This document shows, piece after piece, positions 27,847 through 37,871 of a DNA stretch of 64,000 bases. Made by a program: the position numbers and the translations under genes. This DNA is from Candidatus Omnitrophota bacterium. GTDB lineage: Bacteria > Omnitrophota > Gorgyraeia > Tantalellales > Tantalellaceae. The stretch spans positions 14,494-78,493 of the forward strand of contig JAQUQS010000003.1 of NCBI GenBank assembly GCA_028715965.1. Direction: 5' to 3'. Positions within the stretch are counted from its first letter, which is position 1, and every line of letters begins with the position of its first letter. The notes beneath the pieces were generated by a model that was not told the origin of the DNA, ran no database searches, and was given only the letters and a program-made list of their open reading frames with translations.

Positions 27847-30285
27847 CTATGACCGTATCCTGCAGACCGCGCCTTTCGATATGATATGTTCTTTACCGTT
27901 CACAAAAACGGTAAGCTCCGTTCGCTTACCACCCAGTATGGACAGTTCAACATAGCGGGGCCGTATAGTTATCCCGATACGACTATCCCTGTACCTGAGG
28001 TTCATCCGAACTCGTGACCATTTTCTGGGAAGTTTCGGGTCTATCATTATCCTGTCCCGCATAAAATGTACACCGGCAAAACCTTTGACCGTGATATACA
28101 CGGATCCACCCATTACCCCGGCGTGTATACCCTCCGGGGTCGTCCCGCCCTGGGTATCGTAAATGTCGGATTCCAGTACGGACTGGTACCACTCCCAGGC
28201 CTCTTTTTTCCTTCCCAGGATATGCGAGATATAGCAGTGGACCACTTTGCTGAGCGTAGACCCATGCGATGTGCGTTTCACATAATGATCATAATTATCC
28301 TTGAGCATGGTCCTGTCGAACCGGTATCCAAGTCTCGCGAATATGTTCTTTATCTCCGCCGGTTCAAAAATATAGAATAACATAAGCACATCGGCCTGTT
28401 TCGCCAGCTTGTACTTGTCGGGCGACTTCCCTTCCGCCTTGAGTATGCGGTCCATGCGCTTGATATTGTCGTATTTAGCGCGGTAGGCCTCAAGGTCAAG
28501 TTCTTTAAGGGAGAAGTATCCGTCGAACTGCGCGATTATACCCCGCTCATCAATAACAACGTTCATCTTCCTCGTTATATCGTCCCACCTGGCCGCATCC
28601 TTGCGGGTTATCCTCAATTTCCTCATTATCTCTTCACGCTTCGCATCTGATATCATACCCATTACTTCCAGTCCGCGCATAAGCGTCCACACGATAAGCA
28701 CATTGGTGTACGCGTTATCCCTGAATCCCGTCTTCCTGGCCCCGGGCATCTTCTCGTGGAACTCGTCCGGACCCATTAATCCCGAAGTATGATACCTGCC
28801 ATCGTCCTTACTGAACTTGGCCAGGCTCGCGCCGAACTGGGCGATCGCAATGATGGTCTCGGCGCCGTATCCTTCCAGGAAATCCATATCCCTGGTCCTT
28901 TCCCAGTGTTTCCAGAAATTATATGCTACGGCGAAAGAAACATGCCTCTGGCAATGACTGTGATCAGGCCCCCATTTTCCTGACAGCGGGTTAAGATGCA
29001 GCGTTTGCGTTTCCTCCCCACCGGTAGACCCGCTCTGCCATGGGAGCATCGCCCCGCGATATCCCTCGCGCCTGGCGGCGCGCCGGGCTTCTTCAAGCCG
29101 CCGGTACCGATAGGTTAAAAGCGCTTTTGAGATGTCCGGCAGCCTCAGGTCATACAAATGAAGCACGTACATCTCGTCCCAGAAAACATGCCCCCTGTAC
29201 GCCTCCCCGTGCAACCCCCTCGCGGGCAATCCCGCGTCTATGTCCAATCTGTAATTGTTATCGGATGCCGTTTGCATAAGATGGAACACATGGAGCCTGA
29301 GCGCCTTCTGGGAGAAAATATCCCCATCTATCTCAATGTCGAACTCTTTCCACAACCTTTGCATCTTTTCCGCGTGCTCTTCCAGGAGGGACCCGAATCT
29401 TCCGGTCTTTTTTATATCATGCATGGCCGCCTTAAGAGGATCGCTAACCCCTCTATCCCTTGAAGTATATATAGCTACTGTCTTTTCCGCTATACAGGGC
29501 TGCCCCCTTTTTACGTTCACGGAGAATTCCCGGCCTATATATTTCTTCTGTCTTAAAAGCGTCTTGCCATTAACATGCTCCTCCCTGCCCGCCAGGAAGA
29601 TACGCGTACGGGACGCTTCGGCTATGACCACCCTCGACTGGCTGGTCCTTACCAAAAGATATATACCGTTGACGCCGTAAGTCCCCGCGGAAAGCGCCTC
29701 AAGATGAGTGTTCCTGAGCTGGCCATACCTTTCCACGCCACTATTCCTCACGTCCCCATCAAGCGCTGTTCTCAACGTGACCGGACCTTCATAATTCTCG
29801 GATACCAAGGTGTATCTTATGGCCCCTATATGCGGCGAGGACATGCTCACTATGCGTTCCTCGCTTATGGCGGCAATACGGCCGTTTTTGTCCTTCAGGC
29901 GCATATGCCGGGACAATACGCCTTTCTTCATATCAAGTCCCTGTTCATATGAAAGTATCTTGCATCCCACAGGAGTGAGCCAGGGGCCATCCCCGAACTT
30001 GAAGGAAAGACACAGCCAGTTCGGACAGTTCACCATGTCCTCGTTCAATACTTTCCGTCCGGCTATCTTAGTGGCTAGCTTGTTATAAACACCGGCGATA
30101 TATGTGGCGGGATAGTTAATACGGGAAGCGGGCGTTTCGCTGGCCGCGCCCCTTGTCCCGAAATAACCGTTGGCAAGCGTGCACAAAGCCTCCCTCAGCC
30201 CTTCTTTCGCGGGCTTATAGTTGCCGTAGGTCAATCCCCACGCTGACCTTTTGTCCTCTTTGTCACTTTTCCTAAACATCCTCAA
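27847..30285 (-). CDS. glycoside hydrolase family 65 disaccharide phosphorylase (kojibiose/trehalose/maltose phosphorylase-like)
   Basis: 812 aa with GH65 N-terminal, catalytic (alpha/alpha)6 and C-terminal domains. The catalytic region carries HVFWDEMYV. Confidence 0.8.
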   Translation of the reverse strand: MRMFRKSDKEDKRSAWGLTYGNYKPAKEGLREALCTLANGYFGTRGAASETPASRINYPATYIAGVYNKLATKIAGRKVLNEDMVNCPNWLCLSFKFGDGPWLTPVGCKILSYEQGLDMKKGVLSRHMRLKDKNGRIAAISEERIVSMSSPHIGAIRYTLVSENYEGPVTLRTALDGDVRNSGVERYGQLRNTHLEALSAGTYGVNGIYLLVRTSQSRVVIAEASRTRIFLAGREEHVNGKTLLRQKKYIGREFSVNVKRGQPCIAEKTVAIYTSRDRGVSDPLKAAMHDIKKTGRFGSLLEEHAEKMQRLWKEFDIEIDGDIFSQKALRLHVFHLMQTASDNNYRLDIDAGLPARGLHGEAYRGHVFWDEMYVLHLYDLRLPDISKALLTYRYRRLEEARRAARREGYRGAMLPWQSGSTGGEETQTLHLNPLSGKWGPDHSHCQRHVSFAVAYNFWKHWERTRDMDFLEGYGAETIIAIAQFGASLAKFSKDDGRYHTSGLMGPDEFHEKMPGARKTGFRDNAYTNVLIVWTLMRGLEVMGMISDAKREEIMRKLRITRKDAARWDDITRKMNVVIDERGIIAQFDGYFSLKELDLEAYRAKYDNIKRMDRILKAEGKSPDKYKLAKQADVLMLFYIFEPAEIKNIFARLGYRFDRTMLKDNYDHYVKRTSHGSTLSKVVHCYISHILGRKKEAWEWYQSVLESDIYDTQGGTTPEGIHAGVMGGSVYITVKGFAGVHFMRDRIMIDPKLPRKWSRVRMNLRYRDSRIGITIRPRYVELSILGGKRTELTVFVNGKEHIISKGAVCRIRS

Positions 30286-31894
30286 GCACTTTCCTGAAAA
30301 GTACCTTCACGTCTTCCGGCGTACCTACCTTGAAATCCGAGCAAGAGGGACGTGACTCTGTAGAGACCAGTATCCCGGTCCCCCTTGTCCTTATGCTCCT
30401 GAACGCGTATTCATCCGTGACATCATCGCCTATATAGATAACAGATACACCGTTCCATGGTATATCCAGGGCGTTCATGATCCATCTTATCGCTTTACCT
30501 TTATCCCAATCTATATCGGGCAACACCTCAAAGACCTTCTTCCCATCCATCACTTTCATTGTCGGATACTTAGCGGCCTCCGCGTATACCACTTCCCTTA
30601 TACGCGCCAGGTGTGCCCCTTCGTCCACCAGCCGGTAATGTACGGCTACGCTGAATTTCTTTTCCTCGACTATCAGTCCCTCAATCCCGCCCAGCCTGTC
30701 CTTGAACACGCGTATCAATTCATCCACTGCCGGGACCGCTTCCCTGGCCCTTTTTTCTACCATGCTGAACCCCGGCCCGGATATATCGAGTCCGTGACTC
30801 CCCGCGTAAAATATACCTTTTACACCCAAGAGACCTTCTACATCCTCCCTGAAGCGCCCGCTCACCACGGCCACTTTATACCTTTTAGCCAGCGCTTCAA
30901 CGGTTGCTTTCATATCCCCGGACACTACGGCCATATCAGGCCTGTCCACTATCGGAGTAAGCGTACCGTCATAATCCAGAAAAAAAACAGGCTCTTTCCC
31001 GGAAAAAAATGCTTTGTCGGCGGTACGGGTGTAAACGGGATTAAGTACGCCACCGATACCACAGGTATCCCTACAAGTGCGTCCGTCATATGGCGCGCCA
31101 GCCGCGTCGCTCCAACACGCGAAAAGCGGTCTGGGTTCCCGCATGAACCATTTACGTATGCAATCAACGCCTATTTCCTCCAGGTCCTTTACCGCGACAT
31201 CCGCGCCGTTCGAGAGAAGATCATCGGTGTTGTTCTCGCGGGCTACGCCTATCACCATACCGAACCCGCCATTACGCCCGGCCTGTACTCCCGACACCGC
31301 GTCCTCTACCACAACGGACCGTGCCGGTTCCGCGCCCAATTCGCGGGCTGCCCTGACGAAGATATCGCCTTCCGGCTTACCTTTGAGGGAAAGCCTGGCG
31401 GAGATCACCCCGTCCACCCTGGAGCCGAACAGTCCTTGCACACCGGCCTTCTTGAGTATGAGCTCACAATTCTTGGAAGAGGATGCTACCCCGGTCTTTA
31501 TCCCGGCGGCATTGAGCTCTTTGATGAGTTCAATGGTACTCTCATATACCCCTACGCCGTCCCTTTCGAGTATCTCCACGAAGATCTCGTTCTTGCGATT
31601 GCCAAGACCACATGCCGTTTCTTTATCCGGTCCGTCGGAAGGTTCACCGTATGGTATCTTTATGCCACGCGACCCCAGAAAACTTTTCACGCCCTCATAT
31701 CTGGGTTTTCCATCGACATAAGGAAGATAGTCATTTTCGTGGGTGAACTCACGGAAAGGCTCGTTATCCCTTTTTTCCCGGAGGCGCAGGTATTCGTCGA
31801 AACACGCTTTCCAGGCCTTACCGTGGACCAGCGCGGTCCTGGTTATCACACCGTCCATGTCGAAGACGACCACATCGAACATGTTATTTTCCAT
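30272..31894 (-). CDS. fusion protein: beta-phosphoglucomutase (HAD) N-terminal domain + trehalose-6-phosphate phosphatase (OtsB-like) C-terminal domain
   Basis: HAD motif I (VVFDMDGVIT) defines the beta-PGM half. The second HAD core (FFLDYDGTLTP) has an OtsB-type cap. AGGAAGG sits 8 nt before the ATG. Overlaps the GH65 gene by 14 nt. Confidence 0.75.
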   Translation of the reverse strand: MENNMFDVVVFDMDGVITRTALVHGKAWKACFDEYLRLREKRDNEPFREFTHENDYLPYVDGKPRYEGVKSFLGSRGIKIPYGEPSDGPDKETACGLGNRKNEIFVEILERDGVGVYESTIELIKELNAAGIKTGVASSSKNCELILKKAGVQGLFGSRVDGVISARLSLKGKPEGDIFVRAARELGAEPARSVVVEDAVSGVQAGRNGGFGMVIGVARENNTDDLLSNGADVAVKDLEEIGVDCIRKWFMREPRPLFACWSDAAGAPYDGRTCRDTCGIGGVLNPVYTRTADKAFFSGKEPVFFLDYDGTLTPIVDRPDMAVVSGDMKATVEALAKRYKVAVVSGRFREDVEGLLGVKGIFYAGSHGLDISGPGFSMVEKRAREAVPAVDELIRVFKDRLGGIEGLIVEEKKFSVAVHYRLVDEGAHLARIREVVYAEAAKYPTMKVMDGKKVFEVLPDIDWDKGKAIRWIMNALDIPWNGVSVIYIGDDVTDEYAFRSIRTRGTGILVSTESRPSCSDFKVGTPEDVKVLFRKVLEDV

Positions 31895-32054
31895 ATCAAG
31901 CCTTCCTGTTCTGGTGGGGATTTTATGGTTCGCTTTTGTCAGGCGTTAGAAATTTTTATATTATTAAAATATCATAAATCATATACTTTGTCCAACCATA
32001 CAGCCGGCTGTTATACGCTGGCATCTTAAAGGATTTTTGTTTTTGTGTGTCAGA

Positions 32055-32063
32055 TGGTATAAT
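32055..32063 (+). promoter_or_regulatory. extended -10 promoter (TGgTATAAT) for the GGDEF gene
   Basis: TG at 32055-32056 and TATAAT at 32058-32063, about 15 nt upstream of the AAAGGAG RBS. The -35 region (TTTTGT) is weak. Confidence 0.45.
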
Positions 32064-32091
32064 TAACGTATCAAAAGAAAGGAGAACTGTA

Positions 32092-32928
32092 GTGGCGATA
32101 CACGCGGAAAAAGACCTCCTGACCGGGCTTTCCCTTAGGAAACCGTTCCTCCAATATCTTGACGAAACGCTTCTGGACTCACGTCTTAAAAAGAAATACT
32201 TTTCGATAGCTTTTTTCGACCTGGATAAGTTCAAAAGATACAACGATACATACAGCCATGACTGCGGGGACCAGCTGTTAAGATACGTGGCAAGTAACCT
32301 GCGCCTGTCTTTCCAGAAGAACATACGGGGCCTCTGCCGTTACGGCGGGGACGAGTTCGTCATACTACTTCCCGAAACAGGGGCGAAGGAAGCCGTAAAA
32401 CAGATAGCTCAATTCAAACGCAACATGGCTAGCCGGCCTTTCCTCTACAAGAACAAGCTCTTCAAGGTCCGGACAAGCTGTGGCATATCGATATTCCCGA
32501 AAGACTCTACGACAAGGGACGGGCTTATAAAAAAGGCCGATTCCGCCATGTATTTCTCCAAAAAACACGGCCGGAACCTGATCGTGCTGGCGGGCAAGAT
32601 ACATTTCCTGCACCTGAAATACTTTTTTACAAGGCTACTGCTGTTAGCCGCCTTCATAGGCTCCATGACAATGTTGTCCCAGTTCGAACCCGCTAAAAAG
32701 ATGGTCATGGAAAAGTTATCGGGTACGGATATCATATCCAAAATACCATTCTTCAAGAAGATCCAGTACCAGGACACGATCACGTTGAAGAACGGGAACG
32801 TCATGGAAGGTACCATAACAGAAGAGACCGACACCGACCTGGTGCTGAGCATGAAACTGGCTGAAGGACGCGGCTCGATATACCTCAAGAAATCGGAAAT
32901 AAGCGACATCCAACGCGGCAGGAAGTGA
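32092..32928 (+). CDS. diguanylate cyclase (GGDEF domain) with C-terminal TM segment
   Basis: RYGGDEF active-site motif. I prefer the GTG start at 32092, with AAAGGAG at 32078-32084 (7-nt spacing). The track start at GTG 32047 has no RBS and overlaps the -10 box. Confidence 0.75.
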   Translation: MAIHAEKDLLTGLSLRKPFLQYLDETLLDSRLKKKYFSIAFFDLDKFKRYNDTYSHDCGDQLLRYVASNLRLSFQKNIRGLCRYGGDEFVILLPETGAKEAVKQIAQFKRNMASRPFLYKNKLFKVRTSCGISIFPKDSTTRDGLIKKADSAMYFSKKHGRNLIVLAGKIHFLHLKYFFTRLLLLAAFIGSMTMLSQFEPAKKMVMEKLSGTDIISKIPFFKKIQYQDTITLKNGNVMEGTITEETDTDLVLSMKLAEGRGSIYLKKSEISDIQRGRK

Positions 32929-32935
32929 TATTACG

Positions 32936-33565
32936 TTATGACCTGCCCGGGGTGCCGTATCTGTCTGAAAGCACGTATTCCAGGACCACATCCGCTTGTT
33001 TCGCGGCCGCGATGTTAACACGCGGGGAGAACGGATGCTCTTCCCTGACATCGGACAACATATCGCCTATCATCACCAGGTTCGTACCGATCCTGCGCAA
33101 TTTTATCTCATCGCTCCTGCCATATCCGGCTATCCCGGAAACGGAGACCACGAACTTATCCGAAGAAGCGAATTCCGACACCAGCATGCTCTTTTCCTCC
33201 GCTTTATCCAGGGCCTCCACGACCACTTCCCTGTCTGCGAATATGTCCGTTATATTATCGGCGGAAAGTCTTGTTTTTTCACATTTAATATCAAGATCGG
33301 GATCGATAAGGAGCAAATTCTCCTTGAGGGCGTCAACTTTATTTTTCCCCACCTGGTCACGAAAATAGAACTGCCTGGTCAGGTTGGACACTTCCACTAC
33401 ATCATGGTCCACAATAAGTATATCGTTGAAACCGGACCTCACCAGGTTCATGGCGCAATTTGAGCCCAGCCCGCCGGCCCCCGCTATCCCTATCCTGGCG
33501 GAAGAGACCCTTTCGAACCCTTCCCTGCCCAGTAGCGATATGACCTCTTCTCGAAAACTTTTCAT
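32936..33565 (-). CDS. thiF: ThiF/MoeB-family E1-like adenylyltransferase (short form)
   Basis: Rossmann motif GAGGLGS. Sits at the end of the thi operon. Confidence 0.75.
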   Translation of the reverse strand: MKSFREEVISLLGREGFERVSSARIGIAGAGGLGSNCAMNLVRSGFNDILIVDHDVVEVSNLTRQFYFRDQVGKNKVDALKENLLLIDPDLDIKCEKTRLSADNITDIFADREVVVEALDKAEEKSMLVSEFASSDKFVVSVSGIAGYGRSDEIKLRRIGTNLVMIGDMLSDVREEHPFSPRVNIAAAKQADVVLEYVLSDRYGTPGRS

Positions 33566-33566
33566 C

Positions 33567-34667
33567 TCAGGCCGTAACCCAATCCTTGAGTACCGGCTGG
33601 TACCCTTTCCCTCTTAACATCTCCATCATTTCCCCTACTCCCCTCACGTCATATATCTCGAACTGCCGTGAGCTGGCTTTCCCCGGACCATATATGCGTT
33701 CCCCCACACCGGTCGTAGACCCCGCGGACATCCTTGTCACGCCCAAAGGAAGGACGTTGTCCCTGAACCCGGACCTTTCCCTCGTAGAAAGAGTTATCCC
33801 GACCCGGGGAAGAAAAAGCCTGAGCGCCGTCATTATCTGCACCATATCCCGGTCCGAGACCACCTGTGCCGCCTCAAAACCGGATACTTGCGGCCTTATC
33901 CTGGGAAGCGATACACTGATCTCCGCCTCACCGTATCTATCCTGGAGATACGCGGCGTGTAGAGCCAAAGTAAGGACCTCTTTACGCCAGTCGTTCAGGC
34001 CGAGCAGTACCCCGATGTTAACCGTTCTCACGCGTTCACGTAACGCTCTTTCCGGGGCTTCTAGCCTGAAATCATAATCCCTTTTCGGTCCGGACCTATG
34101 CAATGCCGCGTATATGTTCCTGTCATATACCTCCTGGTATATCGTAAGACCGTCCACGCCCTCGGCGATAAGATCAGCGTACTCTTCCTCCTCCAGCGCG
34201 TAAACCTCTATGGAAATAGAGGCGAAAGAGCCTTTCAGGCCACGTACACATTCCCTTATGTAGGGAACCGGGCTGTGCTCCCTGGACTCGCCGGTAAGAA
34301 GCAGTATATGCTTGAGGCCGGTAGAAGCTATAAGACCGGCCTCCTTTACTACCTCGTCCGGTTCAAGCTTTTTCCGCTCTATACCGGACCTCAGGTTGAA
34401 ACCGCAATACACACAATCGTTCGAACAATAATTGGAAAGATATAACGGGGTATAAAGCTGTATGGTCCTGCCGAAATTGTGCACGGTGGACACATGGGCG
34501 CGCTGGGCCATTTCCTCCAGGTACGGCACCGCGGAAGTGGATAAAAGCGCCGCGAGATCACGTTCCGACCTTTCATCACTATCCAAAGCGCGGATCACGT
34601 CGTCAACGCCGGGCTCCTTACCTTCGAGAACGTCCTTTTTCCCTTTCAGGAAAGTATCAAACGTCAT
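33567..34667 (-). CDS. thiH: 2-iminoacetate synthase (tyrosine lyase), radical SAM
   Basis: 366 aa with the [10 protein letters not shown] radical-SAM cluster motif and ThiH/BioB-family C-terminus. Confidence 0.85.
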   Translation of the reverse strand: MTFDTFLKGKKDVLEGKEPGVDDVIRALDSDERSERDLAALLSTSAVPYLEEMAQRAHVSTVHNFGRTIQLYTPLYLSNYCSNDCVYCGFNLRSGIERKKLEPDEVVKEAGLIASTGLKHILLLTGESREHSPVPYIRECVRGLKGSFASISIEVYALEEEEYADLIAEGVDGLTIYQEVYDRNIYAALHRSGPKRDYDFRLEAPERALRERVRTVNIGVLLGLNDWRKEVLTLALHAAYLQDRYGEAEISVSLPRIRPQVSGFEAAQVVSDRDMVQIMTALRLFLPRVGITLSTRERSGFRDNVLPLGVTRMSAGSTTGVGERIYGPGKASSRQFEIYDVRGVGEMMEMLRGKGYQPVLKDWVTA

Positions 34668-35442
34668 CCTGCCCCCTCAAAAAACCGGTAAGAGGCGATG
34701 AGGCTTCCGCCTGTTCCCGGAGTTCTCCCGGCCCGGATAGAAAACACGCCCTTCCCGCGGCTACGGCCATAGCGAAGGCCCCGGCCATCTTAACATGGTC
34801 TTCCGCCGCGGCAATGGCCGTATTGACGAGCACGGCCGCGCACCCTATCTCCATACATTTTGCCGCGTCGGATGGCCTGCCCAGGCCGGCATCCACTATG
34901 ACCGGCACTTTTATCTCACGTACCATTATGCGTACAAGTTCCTCTGTCCTGAACCCCCTGTTCGTCCCTATGGGGGCGCCTAACGGCATTACCGCCACGG
35001 CACCGGCTTCCGCCATTCTCCGGCCCATCGCGAGGTCCGGGCTCATGTAAGGCAGTACCTTGAACCCTTCTTTCGCAAGCGCATCCACAGCCTTTAACGT
35101 TTCCAGGTTATCGGGGAGAAGATGCTTATTGTCCGGGATCACCTCGATCTTCACCCATTCCCCACATCCGGCCGCCCTGGATATACGCGCTATACGTATC
35201 GCTTCTCCGGCGTTACGCGCCCCGGAAGTGTTAGGCACCAATATACATCCCCCGGGAATATGCTCTAGTATGTTCTCTTCTTTTGAGCCTGGATCTATGC
35301 GCCGGACCGCTACCGTCACCATAGCCGCGTTCGAGGCCTCTACGGCCTCCCTCACAAAGGATTTATCCCTGAATTTACCTGTCCCTATGAGAAGACGGCT
35401 CCTCAAGGCATAACCGCCCATCTCGAATTGATCCGGATCCAT
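34657..35442 (-). CDS. thiG: thiazole synthase
   Basis: 261 aa TIM barrel. ThiG-family similarity is full length (LLIGTGKF... [10 protein letters not shown]). Confidence 0.9.
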   Translation of the reverse strand: MDPDQFEMGGYALRSRLLIGTGKFRDKSFVREAVEASNAAMVTVAVRRIDPGSKEENILEHIPGGCILVPNTSGARNAGEAIRIARISRAAGCGEWVKIEVIPDNKHLLPDNLETLKAVDALAKEGFKVLPYMSPDLAMGRRMAEAGAVAVMPLGAPIGTNRGFRTEELVRIMVREIKVPVIVDAGLGRPSDAAKCMEIGCAAVLVNTAIAAAEDHVKMAGAFAMAVAAGRACFLSGPGELREQAEASSPLTGFLRGQDDV

Positions 35443-35642
35443 CAGCCACCTCCTACAAAGGCGAATATCTCCACGTTATCTCCCTCGTTAACTTTGGTAA
35501 ACCGCCATTTTTCACGCGGCACTATCTCGAGATTGTGTTCGACCAGCACCTTGTCGGGCTCCAGCCCTTTTCCCGTAATGATACCGTAAAGATCCGTACC
35601 ATCGGGCATGACCTCCTGTTCACCGTTTATGTTCACTACCAT
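35442..35642 (-). CDS. thiS: sulfur carrier protein ThiS
   Basis: 66 aa ending in GG, sited between thiE and thiG. Confidence 0.8.
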   Translation of the reverse strand: MVVNINGEQEVMPDGTDLYGIITGKGLEPDKVLVEHNLEIVPREKWRFTKVNEGDNVEIFAFVGGG

Positions 35643-35643
35643 A

Positions 35644-36285
35644 TTACCGTCCTCTATAAAATTCCATCCTGTTCTTGAGCTCCCGCACCTTGGCTCGTAT
35701 ATCCCTGGAAGAGGTTATTTCGCTTATAACGGCTATGTTCTGTCCGCCACGTTCCAGCACCTCACTCATGTTCGCGGAGTTTATCCCCCCGATAAAGACC
35801 ACCGGTTTTCGTGCCATATCCATTACGCGCGTGATATCCGCCGTACCGATCGTATAATCCTTGGTCTGCGTGGCGAAAATAGGGCCAAAAGCTATATAGT
35901 CTATGTCACTTTCAACCGCTACGCGGAATTCTTCTATTGAATGAGTGGACACGCCTATTATACAGCCGGGACCGATGACCTCCCTCACGGCGGGAAGCGT
36001 ATATCTGGCCATATCCTCCTGCCCCAGATGTACACCGTCGGCGCCCAGTTCTTTCGCGAGATACGGATCATCGTTGACCACGAAGATCACACCGTTCTCC
36101 GCGCATATTTTTCCCACTTCCCTTCCCATGCGCCGGAGCTCCCCTGGCCCGAGGCCTTTCTCCCGGAGCTGCACGATATCCACCCCGGAACTCACGGCGA
36201 GCTTTACCACGTCCGGAGTGCCCCTGCCGGCGGAATACTCCTGGCTTGTCACAAGGTATAGACTGTATGGTTTTATGCGGGGCAT
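35644..36285 (-). CDS. thiE: thiamine-phosphate synthase
   Basis: 213 aa with ThiE family similarity, and the first gene after the TPP riboswitch. Confidence 0.9.
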   Translation of the reverse strand: MPRIKPYSLYLVTSQEYSAGRGTPDVVKLAVSSGVDIVQLREKGLGPGELRRMGREVGKICAENGVIFVVNDDPYLAKELGADGVHLGQEDMARYTLPAVREVIGPGCIIGVSTHSIEEFRVAVESDIDYIAFGPIFATQTKDYTIGTADITRVMDMARKPVVFIGGINSANMSEVLERGGQNIAVISEITSSRDIRAKVRELKNRMEFYRGR

Positions 36286-36301
36286 CTTTTCCTTTTCTCT
36301 T

Positions 36302-36337
36302 ATAAAACGAACGGCCCTGCGCTTCAGCCAGGGCCGT
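36302..36337 (-). terminator. rho-independent terminator forming the TPP riboswitch expression platform
   Basis: Minus strand reads ACGGCCCUG-GCUGAAGCG-CAGGGCCGU followed by UCGUUUUAU. A 9-bp stem between aptamer and thiE start codon. Confidence 0.7.
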
Positions 36338-36354
36338 TGTTACGGATCATTCTA

Positions 36355-36448
36355 TGCGTTTCCCTACGCTGGCATTATCCAGATCAGGTAAAAAGGGTAA
36401 TCCGCTCACAAGCGGAACTCTCAGGGCGTAACACGCCCTCCCCGGTAT
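36355..36448 (-). promoter_or_regulatory. TPP (thiamine pyrophosphate) riboswitch aptamer (THI element)
   Basis: Minus strand reads GGGGAGGGCGTGTTACGCCCTGAGAGTTCCGCTTGTGAGCGGATTACCCTTTTTACCTGATCTGGATAATGCCAGCGTAGGGAA. It carries the conserved CUGAGA and ACCUGAUCUGGAUAAUGCCAGCGUAGGGAA cores, directly upstream of thiE. Confidence 0.9.
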
Positions 36449-36458
36449 GTACATGATT

Positions 36459-37862
36459 TCAGCGCCGATTCCGTATCGGCACGTATTTCTCGTCAAAAGT
36501 ACCGGAATATATGGCACGCGGGCGGAATATCCTGTTATTCTGCATATACTCCATGACCCTTGCCGCCCATCCTGACACCCGGCTTACAGCGAATATGGGT
36601 GTGAACATATGGGGCGATATCCCGAGCGCCTGGTAAAGTATGCCCGAGTAAAAATCCACGTTGGGGAATATCTTCTTTTCTTTCCCGAGGCTGGACACCG
36701 TTATCTTTTCCAGGGACCCGGCTATTTTGAAAAGCTTTGCCGCTTCCTTATTGCTCGCGGCAAGATATTCCGCCATCGGCCTCAGCACCCTGGCTCTCGG
36801 GTCATAGGCTTTATATACTCTGTGCCCGAAGCCCATTATCTTCCGCTTCTCCAGCTGGGCCCGTTGGAACCATGGTTTCACGTTATCAACGCTCCCTATC
36901 TCCTGGAGCATACGGATGACCTGCTCGTTGGCCCCGCCATGAAGCGGCCCGTTAAGCGCGGCTATACCGGCGCCTACGGAAAAATACAGGTCTGAAAGTG
37001 TCGACGCTACCACCATGGCCGCGAACGTGCTCGCGTTCATGCCGTGATCAGCGTGAAGTATAAGCGATATGTCCATGATGCGTTCCTCCGCCGGTGTCGG
37101 CATCCTGCCTGTCATCATATAGAGGAGATGGCCGGCATGGCTAAGGTCCTCACGCGGCTCTATCGGAAGCCTCCCTTCCCTCAGGCGGTTCACCGCGCCC
37201 GCTATGCAGGCTATGCCCGATATGAGGCTGTAACACGACTTATATCCCGCGGCTGAATGGAGATGCCTGGAACTGGTCTTTCGACGTTTTTTCCTCTTGA
37301 ACTCGTATATCGCGTGCTTTTCCCCGCGAGGCACCGTTTCCATCGGGATAGAGTCCTCATCGGAGCCTATCACGCTTTTAAGGTCAATTTCATGATCGTC
37401 CTGATCTATGTAGGAGAACTCGTGCCTCAGGAAATTCGTTCCCATCCTGAGCGCGGACATGGCTTTCATCTTTTCCACCGGGAACCCCATAAGCATGCGC
37501 AGGGTCTCGGTTATCTTACGTGCCTCGATCAGCTCCTTTTTAAACCCATTAAGTTGAGCGCTCGTGGGGAGCTTACCGAAAATAAGCAGATACGATACTT
37601 CCTCGAACGTGGAATACGCGCAAAGGTCGAATATGTCGTAGCCCCTGTATATCAAGGCCCCCTTAACGCCGTTAACATACCCTATCTTGCTTTCGCACGC
37701 TATGGCGCCTTCGAGCCCGGGGCCGACTATGCAATTGACCGGCCAGGCAATAGACGTCCTGGAGGCGTACCCGCCCTCTCCACTGGTCTCTTTCCTGGCT
37801 TTTTTGGCCGCGTCGAGCACCAGGGCCGTTATATCTTTCGTGTTCATGTGTAATTCGTCCAT
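36459..37862 (-). CDS. gltA: citrate synthase
   Basis: 467 aa with the catalytic motif GFGHRVYK and histidines in the HADHG region, plus an internal Lys/Arg-rich insertion. Confidence 0.85.
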   Translation of the reverse strand: MDELHMNTKDITALVLDAAKKARKETSGEGGYASRTSIAWPVNCIVGPGLEGAIACESKIGYVNGVKGALIYRGYDIFDLCAYSTFEEVSYLLIFGKLPTSAQLNGFKKELIEARKITETLRMLMGFPVEKMKAMSALRMGTNFLRHEFSYIDQDDHEIDLKSVIGSDEDSIPMETVPRGEKHAIYEFKRKKRRKTSSRHLHSAAGYKSCYSLISGIACIAGAVNRLREGRLPIEPREDLSHAGHLLYMMTGRMPTPAEERIMDISLILHADHGMNASTFAAMVVASTLSDLYFSVGAGIAALNGPLHGGANEQVIRMLQEIGSVDNVKPWFQRAQLEKRKIMGFGHRVYKAYDPRARVLRPMAEYLAASNKEAAKLFKIAGSLEKITVSSLGKEKKIFPNVDFYSGILYQALGISPHMFTPIFAVSRVSGWAARVMEYMQNNRIFRPRAIYSGTFDEKYVPIRNRR

Positions 37863-37871
37863 AAGAGCCTT

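Noticed and set aside
30611-32029. 472-aa plus-strand ORF antisense to the beta-PGM/T6P-phosphatase gene
   Set aside because: It lies entirely inside a minus-strand gene with clear HAD motifs and an RBS. The antisense product is low-complexity (Pro/Gly/His/Tyr-rich) with no start context. Long stop-free antisense frames are frequent in this moderately GC-rich, codon-biased genome.
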